From the NCBI GenBank assembly GCA_035288805.1, contig DATDZG010000036.1:1-45413 (forward strand): 45,413 nucleotides of DNA, written 5' to 3'. The notes under the pieces were generated by a model, which worked only from the letters and a program-made list of their open reading frames with translations, had not been told where the DNA came from and searched no databases. Positions 40,912 to 45,413 of the stretch are shown here, in pieces. Made by a program: the position numbers and the translations under genes. How positions within the stretch are numbered: the first letter of the stretch is position 1; each line of letters begins with the position of its first letter. The stretch comes from Candidatus Nanoarchaeia archaeon (GTDB lineage Archaea > Nanobdellota > Nanobdellia > SCGC-AAA011-G17 > GW2011-AR20).

Positions 40912-41441
40912 CGAACGCTCATCTCTAGCCCAGCACCAATCTGCAAAGTCTCGCTGGAATATTTCTTTTTCACATAACTCAAATAAGAATCAACCTTTTC
41001 ACTATGTGAGATAATATTATCTGCAATTATCAAACAGCAGGGATTCATATTCTTCTCCAATAATTTGATATACTTAATATAATCTTTTTTAACAGCATCC
41101 AAAAATATCATATCAACTTTAACATTAAATTTTTTCAAAACTTTTAAAGCATCTCCATGAAGTAATTCAATATTTTTTAAGCCAGCTTTCTTAAAATTAT
41201 TCTTAGCCATCTCAACTTTCTTGTCATCAATTTCAATAGTGTAAACTTTTGTCTTTTTATCAGCAGAAGCCAATAAGATTGTAGAGTAACCATTTGAAGT
41301 TCCAATCTCAATAATGTTTTTTGGCCTTTTAACCTTAACAAGCAAATGCAAAAACTTTCCAGAGTCAGGTTTAATATTAAACATATACATATTCTCATTA
41401 TACACTTCAAGTTCTCTTAAAATTTTTTTAATATCAGACAT
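40893..41441 (-). CDS. Class I SAM-dependent O-methyltransferase (family 3, YrrM/CCoAOMT-like)
   Basis: It has IIEIGTSNGYSTILLA and MIFLDAVKKDY. The start is set at MSDIKK. Confidence 0.7.
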   Translation of the reverse strand: MSDIKKILRELEVYNENMYMFNIKPDSGKFLHLLVKVKRPKNIIEIGTSNGYSTILLASADKKTKVYTIEIDDKKVEMAKNNFKKAGLKNIELLHGDALKVLKKFNVKVDMIFLDAVKKDYIKYIKLLEKNMNPCCLIIADNIISHSEKVDSYLSYVKKKYSSETLQIGAGLEMSVRCTSTI

Positions 41442-41868
41442 GATAATCACCTTTAGCCCCATAAGAATTTAATAAATTCCTCATTATTGTTCTTACATCT
41501 TGTTCATGATGAGAAGTTACCTCGTTTTTGGCATACAAATCATGATGCACTCCTTCATGCTCTCTAGCCTCTCTATCAACCCCAACAGCTTCTTTAGTGC
41601 TAGGATTATACCACCCAGCAATTCCAGGAGGTAATTCTTGAGGAGTAACAAACTTAAATGTAAACCCCTCTCTTATTCTTTGCTCATAATGCGTTTCTCT
41701 TATTCTGTAAGAATCATCTACAAACTCATTTTCTTTTTCCCAAGGGTTTTTCTTTCCAGAAGAAAAAGGCTTATCTAAGACAGGTACATTCCCAATCAAA
41801 TAATATTGAGGTTTTTCAGAACTTTTCTCAGCTTCTTTAACCATATACTCTAAACTAACCCTGACCAT
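41434..41868 (-). CDS. Hypothetical protein carrying an in-frame copy of the hairpin repeat
   Basis: 144-aa ORF that overlaps both neighbours (operonic). Residues VLDKPFSSGKKNPWEKEN are encoded by the repeat copy at 41729-41770. Confidence 0.5.
   Translation of the reverse strand: MVRVSLEYMVKEAEKSSEKPQYYLIGNVPVLDKPFSSGKKNPWEKENEFVDDSYRIRETHYEQRIREGFTFKFVTPQELPPGIAGWYNPSTKEAVGVDREAREHEGVHHDLYAKNEVTSHHEQDVRTIMRNLLNSYGAKGDYHV
41729..41770 (+). repeat. Hairpin repeat copy inside a CDS
   Basis: TTTTCTTTTTCCCAAGGG / TTTTTCTTTCCAGAAGAAAAAGGC. It is close to the intergenic copy at 42170-42212. Confidence 0.65.
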
Positions 41869-42091
41869 CTAGCCACTCCATAATATCATCATCCTGATTT
41901 TCCCTTCCAATCACATGCAAAAGCACAGGAACAGAATCTTGGCCTGAAATCTCTTTCAAAAGAGTTCTTTTGCTCTTCTCAGAAGGAACCTCAATTTTCT
42001 TATATCTAATTCTCCTTTTGGCAAGTTCTTTCTCAACTCTAACACAATAAGGGCAGCCCTCTAATCTGAACAAAACAAGATTTTTTTCCAT
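41855..42091 (-). CDS. Glutaredoxin/NrdH-like thiol-disulfide oxidoreductase
   Basis: It has the CPYC motif (LFRLEGCPYCVRVEKEL) and ...SVPVLL. The start is set at MEKNLV, 22 nt after a TTTATATAA box. Confidence 0.75.
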   Translation of the reverse strand: MEKNLVLFRLEGCPYCVRVEKELAKRRIRYKKIEVPSEKSKRTLLKEISGQDSVPVLLHVIGRENQDDDIMEWLDGQG

Positions 42092-42132
42092 ACCCTTGTA
42101 AAGAATATGCATTATATAAATTTTTGGTTAAG

Positions 42133-42212
42133 CTTTGTTTTCTTTTTCCCAAGGATTTCTTCTATATGCTTTCTTTTTCCCAAGGATTTTTTCTTTGCAA
42201 AGAAAAAAGGCT
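42133..42212 (+). repeat. Two tandem hairpin-repeat modules upstream of the glutaredoxin operon
   Basis: GCTTTGTTTTCTTTTTCCCAAGGATTTCTTC... and GCTTTCTTTTTCCCAAGGATTTTTTCTTTGCAAAGAAAAAAGGC. Confidence 0.65.
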
Positions 42213-42215
42213 TAT

Positions 42216-42548
42216 TTAAAGCCCTAATCTTCTCTCCTTGTCTTGTATCAATCTATGTTCAACTCTTCTCAAAGTCTTATCAACGCTTTGACCTATTCCA
42301 TACTCACTTCCATGAGCAGCTATACTTCTTCCTCTGCCCCAAAACCTCGCCTTGCAAAGAAACAAAGGCACTTTTTTCAGCCTCTCACTGTTTTGTCTTA
42401 TATTTAGCTTTAATGCCCCAGATTTCAATACTCTCTTGTATTTGCCAACAAGCCCAGAAACCTCTTCTCTTATCCCTCTTTTATCTATAGGGTTCAATCT
42501 CCTTAACTTACCAACAAATCTTATAGAGATAGCTACATCTTCTACCAT
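42216..42548 (-). CDS. Possible ribosome hibernation factor (HPF/RaiA, S30AE family)-like protein
   Basis: The pattern is collinear with HPF: ISIRFVGKLRRLNPIDKRGIREEV..., KLNIRQ..., then FWGRGRSIAAHGSEYGIGQSVDKTLRRVEHRLIQDKERR. Compare HPF V.I.G..hhAs.e..D.Y.AID...DKL.RQL.K.K. The start is uncertain (42548, 42620 or the TTG at 42671). Confidence 0.4.
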   Translation of the reverse strand: MVEDVAISIRFVGKLRRLNPIDKRGIREEVSGLVGKYKRVLKSGALKLNIRQNSERLKKVPLFLCKARFWGRGRSIAAHGSEYGIGQSVDKTLRRVEHRLIQDKERRLGL

Positions 42549-42692
42549 CTCATCCACCCCCCTGATTGTTCTTTCCTCTACAAAATAAATAAGTCTTAGA
42601 ACTATATATAACTTAGCCATATACTGTATATATTTCTGGATGCAGGGGGCTAGTTTGTTTTGGGGATACAAGACCTTTCCTAAAGGGATTGT

Positions 42693-42761
42693 TAAGGGAG
42701 ACGCAGGTAGCCCACAAGTGAAAGGGATGCAGAGGGTTCATAAGGGAGACGCAGGTAGCCC
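42693..42761 (+). repeat. Two identical 21-nt direct repeats separated by 27 nt
   Basis: TAAGGGAGACGCAGGTAGCCC occurs at 42693-42713 and 42741-42761. Each copy is preceded by a GGATGCAG(G/A)GGG box (42638-42649 and 42725-42736). Confidence 0.7.
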
Positions 42762-43610
42762 TTATTTAGAATGCAGTTCAACCTCATCATCATCCCCAAG
42801 CTTATAATTCAACCCAACAACCTGGCCTGGAAACTTTGCAGAACCCCAAATCCTGGCAAACTTAAACTTCTTTGAAAAATCCTTATGCACATGACTCGCT
42901 AAATCCTCAACAACAGCTCCTTTCTTAAACGCTATGGGGGGAAAATCAGGCTTTTTGCCAGGCTGCTTGGTATAAACTTTAACCAATCCCAAAGCTTTCC
43001 AAACAGAATCTTTCAACTCCTCAATATTTTCATCTCTTTCAACAATCAATAATTTCTTATGAACATCATTCTCCCTTAACTCCTTCTCAATAAATCGTAA
43101 ATCCTCAGAACTTTTTTTCATAATCAATAATAAATCAGCATTCCTAATCAAACCGAGAAAAGCCAGCCCATTTTCAGTTTTATTAAATCCCCGAACAATT
43201 GCAGGAATCTCAATGCATTGAATCTTAATCCCATGATAGTTCATAATTCCAAGCTCAGGCTCCATCGTAGTAAATTCGTAATCAGCAATCTTCACATCAG
43301 CTTTAGTCAAAGCATTTAACAAAGTTGATTTCCCAGAATTCGTAACCCCTAAAATTGCAATTGTCCCAGCACCTTCTTTTTTAATTGAAAACTTGCTCTT
43401 TCCCCCTTTCTTTTGTTTAACCTCTCTTTCCTGCTGCTCTTTTAATTTAACCATCCTTCCTTTAAGCTGTTTCTGCAATCCTTCAGCAGATTTATGTGAA
43501 GGAGCAACAGTCATCATTTTCTTTAAAGCAAGAATCTTCTTCTCAGTAGTATCCGCAGCCAAATACTCCTCTTCAGCTTTCTGATAAAAAAAACTCGCAT
43601 TGATAGGCAT
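42762..43610 (-). CDS. DRG/Rbg-like GTPase with C-terminal TGS domain, shortened and with degenerate G3/G4
   Basis: G1 is GVTNSGKST and G2 is YEFTT. The TGS domain is VKVYTKQPGKKPDFPPIAFKKGAVVEDLASHVHKDF...ARIWG...VGLNYKLGDDDEVEL. The position of DxPG reads EIPA, and no NKxD is seen. Confidence 0.7.
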   Translation of the reverse strand: MPINASFFYQKAEEEYLAADTTEKKILALKKMMTVAPSHKSAEGLQKQLKGRMVKLKEQQEREVKQKKGGKSKFSIKKEGAGTIAILGVTNSGKSTLLNALTKADVKIADYEFTTMEPELGIMNYHGIKIQCIEIPAIVRGFNKTENGLAFLGLIRNADLLLIMKKSSEDLRFIEKELRENDVHKKLLIVERDENIEELKDSVWKALGLVKVYTKQPGKKPDFPPIAFKKGAVVEDLASHVHKDFSKKFKFARIWGSAKFPGQVVGLNYKLGDDDEVELHSK

Positions 43611-43714
43611 ACGTTTCTTGAATCAAAAGAATATAAAAATACTTCGCTTAATCTTTGTCAAAGAACTGGAAAGGAACATTGCTTAAATTATATAAACTGA
43701 AAGATAAACCATTT

Positions 43715-43942
43715 TTATCCATTCTTAAAATAATCAACAACCTCTTCCTGGAAGTTATCAGAAAAACGATACTCTAGAATAGAAAGTATCTGCCCTGCAG
43801 AAGTTCTTCCAAGCCATTTTGCAGATTGATAGATTACCCCTTTAACCAATTGTTCAGCATCCTCAGGCAAAAATCTCGCATTTATCTTTTTAACAGTCTC
43901 AGGATAAATATTGTATTTAAATCGCATACCTAAGAGGAACAA
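43715..43942 (-). CDS. Hypothetical protein
   Basis: 75-aa ORF. No recognised motif. Confidence 0.35.
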   Translation of the reverse strand: MFLLGMRFKYNIYPETVKKINARFLPEDAEQLVKGVIYQSAKWLGRTSAGQILSILEYRFSDNFQEEVVDYFKNG

Positions 43943-44028
43943 CCCAAATATATAAACATGATTCTAATAAAATATACCCATCAAAAGAGATAAGTTAGGT
44001 TTTTAAACATAAAAAATAATCAAAATCA

Positions 44029-44577
44029 ATGCTATTTGACAATTTCATAGAGAATCCATCATTAGGAAAAATAGTAGCATCATTGGCAATTATTCTTCTC
44101 GGATTAGTCCTGGGAAAATTCTTCGGCTCATTGTCAAGAACAATTCTAAATGAGCTGGAAGCAAACTCATTAATAAAAAACAAGCTCAAATCAAATTTCA
44201 ATCTGGAAGGCTACACTTATTATATAATAAGTTTCATTGTTTACTTATTAGCAATAAACCTGGCTTTAAAACAATTAGGAATCACAACAATCGTCCTGTA
44301 TATAATTTCAGGAATAGCATTAATTGCAGGAATCTTAGTTATCTTTTTCAGCATAAAAGGAATGCTGCCAAATCTTGTATCAGGATTTAACCTTGCAATT
44401 TACCAGCCATTTAAGGAGAAAGACACAATCTCAATTGAAGAAATCCAGGGAAAAAAATTCAATCTTGAAGGCAGAATAATCAAAATAAAAACAACAGAAA
44501 CATTAATCTTATCAGGACAGCAATTGATTTTTATTCCAAATTCAGTGCTTACAAGAAATAAAGTGATAAGGCTGTAA
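44029..44577 (+). CDS. Short MscS-family mechanosensitive channel-like protein
   Basis: It has three TM segments, then LPNLVSGFNLAIYQPFKEKDTISI...GRIIKIKTTETLIL...IFIPNSVL (MscS TM3/beta-domain blocks). It lacks the usual C-terminal domain. Confidence 0.6.
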   Translation: MLFDNFIENPSLGKIVASLAIILLGLVLGKFFGSLSRTILNELEANSLIKNKLKSNFNLEGYTYYIISFIVYLLAINLALKQLGITTIVLYIISGIALIAGILVIFFSIKGMLPNLVSGFNLAIYQPFKEKDTISIEEIQGKKFNLEGRIIKIKTTETLILSGQQLIFIPNSVLTRNKVIRL

Positions 44578-44595
44578 AAAAAGTTCCTGACAAAA

Positions 44596-44604
44596 GTTTA
44601 AATA
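44596..44604 (+). promoter_or_regulatory. Archaeal TATA-like box of the cca gene
   Basis: GTTTAAATACC. The box ends 22 nt before the ATG at 44626. Confidence 0.5.
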
Positions 44605-44625
44605 CCAATCTTCTTTTTCATTATA

Positions 44626-45413
44626 ATGCTCACAATCATCAAAAAAATAAAACCCTCTGACAGAGAAAGAGCATTGGTTAGCAAAAAAGTAAATTCTTTT
44701 TTATCCCAGCTAAAACAGGCTCTTCCAGGTTTAAAGCCAGAGCTGGCAGGAAGTTTTGCAAAGGATACATGGTTGTCAGGAGATCATGATATTGACATTT
44801 TCATCAAATTTCCATACAAAAAATATCATTCTCAGGACATTTCAAAACTGCTTGAAAGAAAATTAACAGCCCATACTAAAGTTCATGGCTCCCGGGATTA
44901 CTTTCAAGTTCAATCCCAAGGTTACATGTTTGAATTAATTCCGGTGCTAGATATAAATTCAGCAGAAAAGGCAAAAAACGTAACAGATGTAAGCCCATTG
45001 CATTCAATCTGGGTTAAAAAACACATAAAAGGCAAGGCAGATGAAATAAGATTAGTAAAACAATTCACAAAAGCTAATAACCTCTACGGAGCAGAATCTT
45101 ACATAAAAGGATTTTCAGGATATTTATTGGAAGTATTAACAATTCATTATAAGGGATTCAACAATTTTATAAAAAAAGCATCGCAATGGAGTCAAGAAGA
45201 AATAATCGACCCTGAAAAGAATTATAAAAATAAAGCAAAAATAAAATCAACTTTAAATCCTTCAAAACACTCTCATCTTATAGTCATCGACCCTGTTCAA
45301 AAGTCAAGAAACATAGCAGCAGCATTATCAGAAAAAAAATACAAAGAGTTCATCTCAATCTGCAATAAATTCCTTCATAACCCCTCAACATCATTTTTTG
45401 AAAAAAAGAAATT
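44626..45413 (+). CDS. cca: Archaeal class I CCA-adding enzyme (partial, runs off the right edge)
   Basis: My own translation from the ATG at 44626 is MLTIIKKIKPSDRERALV...LAGSFAKDTWLSGDHDIDIFIKFP...DVSPLHSIWVKKH...YGAESYIKGFSGYLLEVL. This gives the GS..K.T.L.G..DID.F nucleotidyltransferase motif. The frame stays open to the window end. Confidence 0.85.
   Translation, partial: MLTIIKKIKPSDRERALVSKKVNSFLSQLKQALPGLKPELAGSFAKDTWLSGDHDIDIFIKFPYKKYHSQDISKLLERKLTAHTKVHGSRDYFQVQSQGYMFELIPVLDINSAEKAKNVTDVSPLHSIWVKKHIKGKADEIRLVKQFTKANNLYGAESYIKGFSGYLLEVLTIHYKGFNNFIKKASQWSQEEIIDPEKNYKNKAKIKSTLNPSKHSHLIVIDPVQKSRNIAAALSEKKYKEFISICNKFLHNPSTSFFEKKK

Noticed and set aside
42693-42761. Possible mini-CRISPR array (21-nt repeat, 27-nt spacer)
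   Set aside because: There are only two repeat copies. The repeat is shorter than typical CRISPR repeats. There are no cas genes or leader. The two units are better explained as a local duplication that includes the upstream GGATGCAG box.
1-45413. Contig is bacterial, or a bacterial/archaeal chimera, because of the sigma-70, Lgt and HPF-like genes
   Set aside because: All universal markers are of the archaeal type: aEF-1alpha, aEF-2 with the diphthamide loop, Rpo3/Rpo10, L18e, Rpp21, Pth2 and the class I CCA enzyme. The bacterial-type genes share the composition, promoter box and flanking repeat family of the rest of the contig. Read-level confirmation is still advisable.

Overview
AT-rich archaeal chromosomal segment; the DPANN-like assignment is an inference from composition and gene content. 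The core is archaeal information processing. It holds the 3' end of a 23S rRNA at the left edge, a stand-alone 5S rRNA at 23.4 kb and an intron-containing tRNA-Leu at 30.1 kb. Protein genes include aEF-1alpha, aEF-2, r-proteins S10/S9/L13/L18e, RNAP subunits D and N, PheRS alpha/beta, RNase P protein Rpp21, Pth2, a DRG-like GTPase, the CCA-adding enzyme, PolX and a DEAD-box helicase. Most genes sit about 22-25 nt downstream of a TTTAAATA-type box, so transcripts look leaderless. Six unusual layers lie on this core. (1) Three tandem full-length bacterial-type sigma-70 genes (1430-4116), followed by a structured ~255-nt RNA gene with RNase P-like motifs in a non-canonical order. (2) Further bacterial-type genes: Lgt plus a lipobox CuA-like cupredoxin, and an HPF/RaiA-like protein. 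(3) A dispersed composite T/A-rich hairpin repeat family with at least 15 copies. Copies fill intercistronic spacers, lie inside the ncRNA, inside the tRNA intron and in-frame inside a CDS. Two loci also show long duplications of flanking sequence. (4) Unknown ORFs wedged tightly into the conserved rpl18e-rpl13-rps9-rpoN and tuf-rps10 clusters. (5) Several toxin-antitoxin modules: two VapBC-like, one RelBE-like and one HEPN-MNT. (6) Decayed genes, namely a dph2 stub and a possible TIM-barrel remnant. No CRISPR array, transposase or integrase was seen. All functional calls rest on motif recognition in the supplied translations, because no database search could be run.
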